Below, one piece after another: positions 41,181 through 53,639 of a stretch of 64,000 nt of DNA (within the stretch, counting starts at the first letter, position 1; each line of letters opens with the position of its first letter). The translations under genes were made by a program, and so were the position numbers. The notes below the pieces were generated by a model. That model saw only the letters and a list, made by a program, of their open reading frames with translations. It made no database searches and was not told the origin of the DNA. The DNA is from Octopus sinensis (taxonomy: Eukaryota): the NCBI RefSeq assembly GCF_006345805.1, contig NC_043020.1:1736001-1800000 (forward strand), written 5' to 3'.

Positions 41181-41297
41181 AAAAGAGGAAAAAGAAGAAG
41201 AAGGAGGAGAAGAAGAAGATCCCTAACTGTCGCTCCCATAACCTTAACCAGGAAGAACAGAAACAAATTTAAACAGCCACAATGACGACAACGTTTA

Positions 41298-41378
<81 letters not shown>

Positions 41379-41639
41379 GCCGCTTCTTTATTTACCGAAG
41401 AGGTCACTGAAAATAGAACTTTACGTTAATGTGAAAACAAGAGACGCGCGCAAGCACACAGTTGGTGGGGAAAAAAAGAATTTTTTAATAATCATTAACC
41501 GTAAGTGTTTTGATTTGTTTTAAATATCGATTATATGAAAAAACAAAATTACTGTAAAATGCACATTAGTAAATGGATCGATAAGAGAATAGTAAAATCG
41601 AAGATTGATATATATACACAACATATCGGGTCAGCCTGA

Positions 41640-42190
41640 AACTTCCTTTGTAATCACCCAACACTCATGGATAATTGGGCAAGACACTTTATTTCACGTT
41701 GCTCCAGTTCACTCAGCTGTAGAAATGATTTGTGACGTCACTGGTGCCAAACTGTATCGGCCCCTTTGCCTTTCCCTTGGATAACATTGGTGGCGTGGAG
41801 AGTAGAAGCTGGTATTAATGGGCAAGTATTAAAAGCTGGTATTAAAAGGCGACGAGCTGGCAGAAACGTTAGCACGCCGGGCGAAATGCTTAGCGGTATT
41901 TCGTCTGCCGTTACGTTGTGAGTTCAAATTCCGCCGAGGTCGACTTTGCCTTTCATCTTTTCGGGGTCGATAAATTAAGTACCAGTTACGTACTGGGGTC
42001 GATGTAATCGATTTAATACCTATGTCTGTCCTTGTTTGTCCCCTCTGTGTTTAGCCCCTTGTGGGTAATAAAGAAATTGGTACTAATGGGCAACTGCTGG
42101 CCTTCCATAAAACAACCTTGCCCAGACTTGTGCCTCAGAGGGTAACTCTCTAGTTGCAAGCCCATGGTCAGTCATGACCGAAGGGGGTCT
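41640..42190 (+). mobile_element. SINE family D with a nested family B SINE (41848-42078)
   Basis: The family D tail matches 18700-18850 in reverse; the B copy splits it at gctggtatt. Confidence 0.75.
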
Positions 42191-42807
42191 CCTCCTGATC
42201 TCTATTAAGCTATTTACTATGGTCTTCTGACGAGGAAAACATAACTTCGCATCACGGGTCACTCAAAATCCGAGCTAGTCCATATACTTAGAATATTATT
42301 GACACTCATTACATAATATACCTGGTTATGACACCAGTAACCGATTAACCGGAACAGTTTTCAAGATAAGGCCTAATGATGTCATTTATCTAAATACGCT
42401 AGTTTCCATGTAAATATATTTTCCTTCCGGCTACATTTGCTTATCGGTTATCTATCTTTTGTACATGCTTATCATTACGCCAATAATATTAAACACACGA
42501 ACAGGGCGTGTCTTTATCATTATTGGCGTAATGACCCTCCCTAGATACAACAATTTTGTTTTGACATACAAATTCACATCAAGTATCTTGCATACGAAAT
42601 AGAAAAACGATTTATATATATTTCGCCAGGTGAAATTCCTAGCGGTATTTTGCGTGTCTTTACGTTCTGAGTTCAAATTCTGCCGGGGTTGACTTTGCCT
42701 TTAATCCTTTCGGGATCGATAAATTAAGTACCAGTTGCGTACTGGCCTCCTCTCCCAAAATTTCGGGCCTTGTGCCTAGAGTAGAAAAGGATGTATATTA
42801 TATATAT

Positions 42808-42860
<53 letters not shown>

Positions 42861-43409
42861 GTGTGTGTGTGTTGTGTGTGTGTGTGAAAAATAATCCTTG
42901 CACGTCACGAAATCAACAAGGCAGGATAAGCTTATGCTGAGAATTATTAGTGTGTCAATCAGGGAAATGGAAGGCGTTAATTATTATGGCTTTGTAGACA
43001 CATTTCTTCAGAAAATGGTGAAAAGTGGAAAGAGAGGAAGAAGAGTGAGAAATAAGTAAAAAAAAATAAATAATAATAAATAAAGGACAGAAGTAAAATA
43101 AATATAGAATACAGGAGAAAGACGTCATCTGGAGTCGGTCTATAGTTTGTGTCATGTGTGTATTTTGTGTGTGTGTGTGTTTGTGTGTGATTGTGTGTTT
43201 CTGTGTTTGAGCCTGTGCATATGTGCGTGTATGTAAGTAATAACAGAAATGTATATTGAGTAAATAGAAGGAAAAGATATCTTTTTTCCCTGCAAAGCAA
43301 GAAACTTAGAGACGCCAAAAATATCGATAAGTTTGATAAGAACGCTTACGATCTAAATTAATATTTAAAGATAGTTTTAAAATCAAGATTACAGAAATGG
43401 AAGTCATGG

Positions 43410-43630
43410 TAATTTGCTCGTCCGTCGTTGTCGACGATGACCGAGGACATTGCGTGGGAGAAGAAGAAGACGGATGACGGTGTGTCCGGCTGTGGCCGAT
43501 CACTCCGATGCGCACTCAGAAGGTCCTGCCGCATGTCCGGTATTGGTGCTCTGCTGGAACTGAAGGCAAAGAGGTGGCTCCGGACAAGAGCAGACCAGGT
43601 TTTATTTGTTCCCTTGAGATCTTGTTTTGT
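43410..43630 (-). mobile_element. RTE LINE 3' end with C2H2-like finger
   Basis: HQYRTCGRTF*VRIGVIGHSRTH followed by ggtcatcgtcgacaacgacggacga, typical of RTE 3' ends. Confidence 0.7.
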
Positions 43631-44054
43631 TCGTAGGAAATGGCACCTTGCTGGCGGAATCGTTAGCACGCCGAGCAAATTGCTTAAATTACACCGAAAT
43701 CGACTTTGTCTTTCGTCCTTTGGGGGTCAATTAAATAATTACCAGCTCAGCACGAGGGTCGTTATAACTGGCTTACTTCAAACCAATATTATTTTTCCGT
43801 AGAATTTTTTCTATAATATAATTTGTTACATGAATATAAGACCTTATCAGACTTCTCAGTAATTTTGGAATTTTCCATTGTTTTCAGGTGTTTCACTGAT
43901 CATAATCATACAAATAAGGACTATGATTAGGGTTTCTTCTTTTTTTACTCTTTGTTTATAAGCTTATGACAGTATCACACCATTCAATTTATTGCTGTGG
44001 CTGCAAGAAACACGAGCGCTATAAATCAATTATGTATATTGAATATACCTTGAT

Positions 44055-44460
44055 ATTTACTTTAACACCTTCACTCCAAATGGAGCATAGGCCACCGATA
44101 AATTTTCTCTTCTGTTCTCGACCCTGAGCCGTTTTTTCTGCTTCTTTCTTGCTGAATCGCTTCCCTTTAAGTTCCATCTCAGTCTCTCGCCACCGGTTTC
44201 CACCCAGGTCATATGTTTGCCTGAAGGAAAGCCTTAATCTCGCAGGTTCTAGTTTTGAATTATCACCGGTAACTCTGCTCGTTTTCGATGTAGGGATGTT
44301 AGCGCGACGTAAACCTAGTTTTACTTCTGGGAAGTAGTGGTCCATATTAGTCTGGCCTCACTCCTTTGACCTCTCCAGAGTGGGATTCTTGTGCATCGCT
44401 AGTGTGGCTCTCAGGATCATTGAGGCATGCAAACCACTACACCGAGACGTGGGCTGCCCT
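44055..44460 (-). mobile_element. Short RTE derivative: 5' UTR-like head fused to an RTE 3' end
   Basis: The tail encodes EAEKTAQGREQKRKFIGGLCSIWSEG; the head ggtgtagtggtttgcatgcctcaatgatcctgagagc resembles RTE 5' ends. Confidence 0.6.
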
Positions 44461-44817
44461 TTGTGATTTTTTTTACATGAATACTGAGGTCACGATTTTA
44501 TTTCGTACGTTTTGGCTCTCAAATCATTTCATTACGCACACACAAACACACACACACACACACATAGACACACACAAACACACACAAACACACACATACA
44601 CACACACATACATACGCACATGTATATACACACATGTATCTCTTTCTCTGTATAGATAGATATATATCTATATATTTGTGTGTGTGTGTGTATGTGTGTA
44701 TGTATGTATACACATACATATGAAGTATTGAGTGAATTCTTCAGTTTAATGTTAAATCGTGTTTAACTTTAATACACGAATACGTACACACACGTACACA
44801 CACCACACACACACACA

Positions 44818-44862
<45 letters not shown>

Positions 44863-45424
44863 CAAGGCTGAACCTCACTAAGATGAGCGAGTAATTTTAG
44901 AAACCCAACTCTCTTTCCACCCGTTATCTATGATAAAAACGAAGGATTTATAGGAAAATCGGATTTGGTATTTGCTAGTTAGTCAAGGATGGAAAAATAT
45001 CTGCAAGAATCAATCTATAAACTAGCAAACTTTAATCCTGTATTATCTCAACCGGATTTAGCAATGTTTAAAGCGTATCAGGTTCTGAACGATTTTAACA
45101 AAGATTATATTCACTACAAACTGGTTATAATCGTTTAAACTATATTCTATTACAAAGAGGTCGTATGGAATAACCTTTAATTTCTTGTGGAATCTACCCA
45201 GAAATGTCATGGTGTTATTTGTTTCAAAGCAACAATTATCAATTTTAGAAAGACCTCGTTTTTGAAATAGATCTTTCGAATGGTTGGCAAAGATTGGCCG
45301 TGCAGTATGTTCTTCAAGGATTTACTAACCATAAATATGAGCTTCCATTTCCTGGAGACAGCGAAAGGTAGAAACGCATCGCTTTTCTGTGCTTTTTTTT
45401 TCTATTTTTTTCTGTTTAACTCTC

Positions 45425-45643
45425 TTTACTCTCTCTCTCTTTTAATTGTTTCAGTCATTTGACTGTGGCCATGCTGAAGCACCGCCTTTTTAGTCGAACA
45501 AATCGACCCCAGGACTTATTTTTTGTAAGCCTAGTACTTATTCTTCGGTCTCTTTTGCCGAACCGCTAAGTTACGGGGACGTAAATACACAAGCACCGGT
45601 TGTCAAACGATGTTGGGGGCACAGACACACACACACACACACA

Positions 45644-45681
<38 letters not shown>

Positions 45682-46100
45682 GTGTATATATAGGCGCAGG
45701 CGTGGCTGTATGGTAAGTAGCCTGCTTACCAACCACATGGTTCCAGGTTCAGTTCCACTGCGTGGTACCTTATGAAAGCGTCTTCTACTATATCCACGGG
45801 CCGACCAAAGCCTTGTGAGTGGATTTGGTAGACGGAAACTGAAAGTATATATATATATATGTATATATTCGTGTGTATGTGTTTGTGTGTTTGTGTTTGT
45901 CCCCCTCAACATCGCTTGACAACCGATGCTGGTGTGTTTACGTCCCCGTAACATAGCGGTTCGGCAAAAGAAACCGATAGAATAAGTAAATAAGTACTAG
46001 GCTTACAAAGAATAAGTCCTGGGGTCGGTTTGCTCGACTAAAGGCGGTGCTCCAGCATGGCCGCAGTCAAATGACTGAAACAAGTAAAAGAGTAAAAGAG
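45425..46100. mobile_element. Two family A SINEs in inverted orientation
   Basis: Minus-strand tail half at 45425-45630; plus-strand copy at 45692-46100. Confidence 0.85.
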
Positions 46101-46656
46101 TAATAATTATAGTTTCAGCTGCCATCTTCAGATGCCGGAGTTTTGCATTGACATTTTTAGTTCCCACTTGAAGAGTAGTTAATAAGTAAATAAGTGTTTT
46201 CTTTTCACCATCTCCAATCATTGTTTCTATTTTATTTTTCACTCTTTGTTGACGAAGTTTTATGTCTGTTTGCGTAAGATAAGCAAAATCACATAGCGGA
46301 TTCTTTCTCCGTAGATCGATAATACTTTTCTCTCGATTTCCGAATCCACGATAGCATTTTTTATTGATTTACCCTCCTTTAATTCTTCAACACCTCCGAG
46401 ATGCTGCTTCACACTTGTTGAGAGGACAATAAACCCACATTGATTTAGCAGATTAAGGGGTTCCTTACACTGTTATAAATATTCGTCCCTAATTTCGTCA
46501 AATACTGTCAGCATCTTCTCGTATCTCTAGGCGTGCCTGTGTAGAAAGAAGCTTGCTTCCAAACCATATGGACCCAGGCTCAACCCCACTGCGTGGCACC
46601 TTGATCAAGTCTCATGTGAATAGGTTTCGTAGACGGAAACTGTAGGAAGCCTGTCG

Positions 46657-46727
<71 letters not shown>

Positions 46728-46988
46728 CTATCTATCTATCTTATTTCTTTACTGCCCACAAGGGGCTACACACAGAGGGGGAAACCAGGACAGAAACACG
46801 GATTAAGTTGATTATATCGACCCCAGTGCATAACTGGTACTTATTTAATCGACCTCGAAAGATGAAAGGCAAAGTCAACCTCGGCAGAATTTGAACTCAG
46901 AACGTAACGACAGACGAAATACGGCTAAGCATTTCGCCCGGCGTGCTAACGATTCTGCTAGCTTGCCGCCTTAACCTACTTACCTACC

Positions 46989-47094
<106 letters not shown>

Positions 47095-47925
47095 CATATC
47101 ACTCTATATGTATGTATGTGTGTGTGAGTGTGTGTGTATGTGCATGTGTCTTTGTGTTTACATCTGTCGCCTACCACCGCTTGACAGCCAGTCTAGGTTC
47201 GTTTACGTCCTCATGACCTAGCGGTTCGGCTACAGTGATCGATAGAATAAGTATCAGACACGACAAAAAAAAAAAACAGAAAAAAAAGAAAGATGTATTG
47301 AGGCCGATTCGATCGACCAAAAGTTCTCCAAGGTGGTGCCACAGCATGGCCACAGCCTCATAAAAGACAAATGGTCTTTTCTGATTACACTTCAGCTGTT
47401 TGCAGTGTTCGCTCTGTCAACTCGTAAAATATCTTAATCGTTGTTCTTGATGTTAGCTTTACTGACAGCACACGATGACGTAGTAGCAGTTGATAGCTTT
47501 CTTTGTCAGCTTGGATGTGCGATGATATGTGTGTATATGTAGCTTTTATCCTTTGCTTCTTTCAGTCACTGGACTGCGGCCATGCTGGGGCACCACTTTG
47601 AAGTGTTTAGTCAAACAAAATGACCCTAGAATCTATTTTCTGAAAGTCTGGTACTTATTCAATCGATCGTCTTTTCGCTTTCGGCTAAGTTATGCGGCTG
47701 TAAACAAACAACCAGATGGTGTCAAGTGGCACTTATTTCTAGCAGGTGGATGTTTGGTAAGCATCCTTACGCTTCGTACAAATTTATAATTCATAGCTGT
47801 TTAATGGTATTGAGCCTGCGATCCACCAACGTCACTGCTGGTGATATCACCAATTTGAAAATTTATGCACATATGATATGAACAGTGGTGACATCTGATT
47901 TCAAATCTCAGTGTTGAATGTTTTG

Positions 47926-47969
<44 letters not shown>

Positions 47970-48174
47970 TTTATAATTAATCAATATAGGGTGGCAAAAA
48001 AAAATTTTGTAGAATTTTTTTGCCACCAGCGGCCTAGTGGGAAAAAATTAAATAGTCATAGACCATTTTTAAGTTCAACATCAACAATCAAGGAACGGCC
48101 ATAATAGGCCATTCACCCACTAGAAATAACAGCCAATAACAGCCTCGTGAAAATATCTGTTCCGACTTGTGGCT

Positions 48175-48281
48175 ATTTCTTACTGAAGAATCTGAGGGCC
48201 TATGGAAGATTGGCTTGATTTAATTTAATCAGGTTAGTTTACCATTAAACAGCAGATGAAACGGTGCATCGTATAAGAAAT
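48175..48281 (+). ncRNA. Type I hammerhead ribozyme motif, intact core
   Basis: atttctta CTGAAGA atctg...cagat GAAAC ggtgcatc GTA taagaaat: 8-bp stem I, extended stem II, self-complementary stem III, GUA cleavage triplet at 48271-48273. Confidence 0.85.
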
Positions 48282-48591
48282 TACAGGGTAAATGTTTTTT
48301 AAATTTTCTCCTGTTTACGGAATTGACTTTTATTTGCGGTTGAAGCTTTGGCTGTTATTTCTAGTGGGTGAATGGCCTATTATGGCCGTTCCTTGATTGT
48401 TGATATATATATATATATATATAACACTATACTTGTTCCACGTCCTCGCGGTTGTTGTATTTTCTCTTTGTGTTTTCATGTTTGGATTAACTATATATAT
48501 GTATATATATATATATATATATATAGATGAGAAAGTTGGTTTGTGAAAGCACGTGGTTGAATATATAGAAAATAGTAAAAAGTGAAAAAAC

Positions 48592-48642
<51 letters not shown>

Positions 48643-48842
48643 ATGCATATGTGTGTGTTTATGTAGTCAAATGTTTCCGGTTGTCCCCGCATGTGTATCT
48701 ATTGGATCTGTCTGTGAGTGTGAAATCAGAATTGAACGTGTGGCTGTATACGCTTGTCTGTTTGCTTGGTGTCTTTGTTCCGTGCACAGACATAGAATAA
48801 TTACACATAGCTGAGTTTATACACACATACACACGTACATAG

Positions 48843-48886
<44 letters not shown>

Positions 48887-49059
48887 GCATGTATATCTAT
48901 TAATAGAATAGAAGAAATCTAAAAGCTTCCGAAATAACTATCAAAACTCGGGGCTATAATTTCCAAAACAAAATTTTTCAATCATTTCCCTAGAGTTTTG
49001 ATAGATTTTGACATGGGAATACAAATTAATTTTTCTTCGTATTTTTTTTTAATTTATGA

Positions 49060-49384
49060 TCATCATCATCATCAGTATTACAATATTCTTCTTCTTCTTC
49101 TTCTTCTTCTTCTTCTTTCTCTTCATCTTTCTCTTCTTTTCTTCTTCTTCTCCTTTTTCTTCTTCTTCTTCTTCTTCTTCTTCTTCTTCTCCTTTTTCTT
49201 CTCATTTTTCTCTTTTCTTCTTCTTCTTCTTCTTCTTCTTTCTTCTTCTTCTCTTCGTGCCTTTTTTTCTTCTTCTTTTCTTCTCCTTCTTCTTCTCTTT
49301 CTTCTTCTTCTTCTTCTTCTTTATGCCATCCACATCCTTTTCGTCTCTCATCATCCTCTCCCCCTCCGCCTCTCCTCCTCATTA

Positions 49385-49421
<37 letters not shown>

Positions 49422-49520
49422 TGTATTAGTATTATTATTATTATTATTATTATATTACTATTATTATTATATTATTATATTATTATTATTTTATTTTATT
49501 ATTTATTATATTATTATTGC
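49060..49520. repeat. (CTT)n followed by (ATT)n
   Basis: Directly visible. Confidence 0.95.
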
Positions 49521-49730
49521 TACGAGTCTCGAAATTAATTGCTTTACAATGCTGCAATCATAAGGACTAAAATCAACGCACTGACATCCACATACATACA
49601 CGCACATATATTTTTGTATATATGTATGATTGCGTATGTGTGAGTGGTGTATGTATACATACGTACTAACACACACATATATGTCTGTTAGCTTTTACCT
49701 TTCTCTCTCTCTCTCTGATATATATATATT

Positions 49731-49763
<33 letters not shown>

Positions 49764-49942
49764 TTATATATATATATATATAAGTTCAGCAAAATTTGGA
49801 TTCAGATGAATATGGTACTTAAGTTAAAGGCACCAGAATTTTGTATGGTATTATCCATATAAATCAAATGGGGTGATTATAATCTTAATAAGCAAGAAAG
49901 ATATCCAAGGTAAGAATGTACATTAAGTGGAAAAATTCTATT

Positions 49943-50030
49943 AGTGGCTGAAGGTTGCTCGACATTTTAAAACTGATGTAATACTTACAGTGCTTAATAA
50001 AATGAAGTAGCATGAAACAATTGTACCACT
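49943..50030 (+). ncRNA. Type I hammerhead motif, copy 1 of a tandem pair
   Basis: agtgg CTGAAGG ttgct...agcat GAAAC aatt GTA ccact; A9G change in the core. Confidence 0.7.
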
Positions 50031-50120
50031 CTACTTTGGATATACTTGTTGCTTATTTTGAATACATATATGTATATATATATGATATGAAAATTTTTGT
50101 ATTAATCGAAAATCTCTATA

Positions 50121-50208
50121 ATTGGCTGATGAGTGCTCAGCATTTTAAAACTGTTGTAATACTTACAACATTTAATAAAATGATGTAGTACGAAACGATT
50201 GTACCAAA
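50121..50208 (+). ncRNA. Type I hammerhead motif, copy 2 of a tandem pair, intact core
   Basis: ttgg CTGATGA gtgct...agtac GAAAC gatt GTA ccaa; stem II is extended by catttta/taaaatg and tgttgtaa/ttacaaca. Confidence 0.8.
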
Positions 50209-50959
50209 TTACCGGAGTCATTCTTGTTGCTTATTTTGATTATATATATATGTATGTATATCAGCATAGGTTTATATAACACTCAAGCTGTAATATATAC
50301 GAGAGCATTTGTATATCCATCGATGGGTGTATATATTTGTACTTGTGTAAGGTTAAGTATAGATATATGGAAATAAGCAGGTATTAAGATACACACTTTC
50401 GTGCCTATGCATATAATACATACACACATAAAATTAACCACAACCTATTCGCGTACTAAGTTGTTTAACACCCGTTACATAGGGGCAAGTATATGCCTAC
50501 AAAAACATGCTCTCAGACATTCAGAAATCCCTGTTTCATTGGTGACGCAAAGGAACATTATTTCGTTCTTAGTATCGTCCTGCTCGAAATCTATTCAGAT
50601 TTTCCTTAATTAATCGCTAAAATGGTAAAGAACAAAATAAACCAAATACATGATAACCTTATACAGCTGTTTACAAAGGATAACCAAAAAAAAAAAAAAA
50701 TTTTATTTGGTTCTTGTTATAGAGGAAAGCTTCTCTCATGACGTGAACATTTGCTTCGAAGGCATCGAGAATGAAAGATTTTTATGGATATAAGTTTTGA
50801 AATGTCGAGCCTCTCTATCCAAATTATGTGGTCACTTTAAAACTATAAGTATTACTAAACTTGGTCGTGTTAATAAATATCTAAGTGGCACACAGGAAAA
50901 TGTAGGATTCTCAGACAAAATATGGATCAGCTAAATTGTCAATCTGAGGACTTGTACTG

Positions 50960-51180
50960 TGAGTGATAAAAATCAAGCATCTAGTCAACATCATGGTGTT
51001 TCGAGTGACCACTAATGACGGTGACGTTATGCCTCCATCCATCTTCCCACACGACCTCAGACTCAAGAAGGAGGCCTACATCAAGTACCAACAAGGACAA
51101 CATCTGTTAAAATGACATATCTGTGTTATGTTCATTCTTGCGTAATTTACACGACAATAATATTCACCACACCCTGTATA
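50960..51180 (+). mobile_element. Tc1/mariner (maT-like) transposase fragment
   Basis: KHLVNIMVFRVTTNDGDVMPPSIFPHDLRLKKEAYIK resembles the MVWGVI..DG..MPP.FF..GL.VN...Y block. Confidence 0.65.
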
Positions 51181-51195
51181 CATATATATATATAT

Positions 51196-51251
<56 letters not shown>

Positions 51252-51766
51252 TGAGTGTGTGTGTGTGTGTGTGCGTGTTTTCCCCAGCGCTGTTGGTGTG
51301 TTTGTGTCCCCATTATGTCGGCATAAAGGATCGATAAAATAAGTACCCATCCTTTAATAAGTCCTGTGGTCCATTTGTGCGACCATTAGGTAGTACTCCA
51401 GCATGGTCGCAGTCACATGACTGAAACAAATAAAAGAATATTGTATTTTGAGCATTTCTTAGTACTGAGTAACTTACAGATTCTATTAGACATAGTTCAT
51501 AAAAATACCAAAGAAAGTCAAGGCAGAAAAAAATTAAAAATACAAATTTCAAAACAAACGTTCCAAAATTAGGCAATAAAAATACAAATCAAAAGTATAA
51601 ATATGCATTATTTCCACATGTTTTTGGTTCAAACTAATGTGTGTGTATATCTAACCATAGTAATAATGATACTAATAACATTATGATAGCATTTCTGAGT
51701 AAATAACACATCCATATAACTACAAGATCATACGAACATACAGGATATTACGCCGCATACACAGGT

Positions 51767-52020
51767 AAACAACAATACAGTCTTGTCATCACCAAATTAT
51801 AAGTAAATTTTCGAGTCAATAAAAGATTGATATTATATTGAATATTATATATATATATTTTCTAAATTCCAGAAAAAACTTCCAGTCAATGGTTGACGAA
51901 GTTCATTTCAAGAATTCAGAAAGTCTATAAAATATTCAAAATGATATCAATCTTTTATTGACTCAAAAATGTACTTAAATTCGGTGATTATTTATAATGG
52001 CAAGTTTTGTATTGTTGTTT
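51767..52020. repeat. Imperfect palindrome of about 250 bp
   Basis: aaacaacaatac...gagtcaataaaagattgatat pairs with atatcaatcttttattgactc...gtattgttgttt; centre near 51890. Confidence 0.8.
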
Positions 52021-52227
52021 GAAATACGTAAAAGTGCATAAGAAATGTGGGGGTGGGGGTGGAGTGGAGGTGGGGGGGATATTGACTTAACGCTTTTGAG
52101 CGAGTGCTTTCGTCAATGGCATGTATGTGTATGTATGTGTGTGTACATGAATATGAATGTATGTAAGTATGAGACTAAGGAATATTTGATATAAAAGTAG
52201 AAATACATGTATAACAGTGATAGTGTC

Positions 52228-52473
52228 TACATACACACACACATACATACATACATACATACATACATACATACAAACATACATACATACTTACATACAT
52301 ACATACAAACATACATACATACATACTTACGTACGTACATACATACATACATACATACATACACACACATGCATACATACATACATACATACAAACTTAC
52401 ATACATATATACTAACGTACGTACATACATACGTACACACATACATACATACATACATACATACATACATACA

Positions 52474-52507
<34 letters not shown>

Positions 52508-52727
52508 CACACACACATACATACACACATACATACATACATAAAGACATACATACAGACATACAGACATACATGCATACACACACACATACATACATAC
52601 AAACATACATACATACAATACATACATACATACATACATACAAACATACATACATACAGCATACATACATGCATACGTACATACATACATACATACATAC
52701 ATAATACATACATACATACATACATAA

Positions 52728-52761
<34 letters not shown>

Positions 52762-53022
52762 CACACACACATACATACACACATACATACATACATAAAG
52801 ACATACATACAGACATACAGACATACATGCATACACACACACATACATACATACAAACATACATACATACATACATGCATACATACATACATACATACAT
52901 ACATACATACATACATACATACATACATACATACATACATGCATACGTACATACATACATACATACATACATACATACATACATACATACATACATACAT
53001 ACATACATACATACATACATAC
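52228..53022. repeat. (TACA)n array with an internal duplication
   Basis: The aaagacatacatacagacatacagac block occurs at about 52543 and 52797. Confidence 0.95.
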
Positions 53023-53324
53023 GGTGAAACTTATAGATCTTTCTAATTCATTTATTTTTTACTCAGCTGTTCTGGAATCTGCACTTTGGAAGTATTTGGA
53101 AAGTATCTTTATATAAAGTTCATGTCTGAACAAACAATAACGGATTTATTCACTAAGTTGGATCGTGCCGTCTGCACGCACAAGAGTTTGATGGTAACCT
53201 AATATTATCTGACTGGGTGAATAAGTTCGTCCTCACAAGGTGCCTCATTTTGAAGTACCTAATTCCACTAAATCTAAATTACATTTATACATACATACAT
53301 ACACATATATGTATATATATATAT

Positions 53325-53637
<313 letters not shown>

Positions 53638-53639
53638 AC

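Noticed and set aside
43428-43802. 124-aa plus-strand ORF as a host exon
   Set aside because: It is the antisense of an RTE 3' end running into a SINE.
46100-46140. Hammerhead-like CTGAAGA tggcagct GAAAC on the minus strand
   Set aside because: Stem II is too short and no stem I can form; probably chance or too decayed to call.
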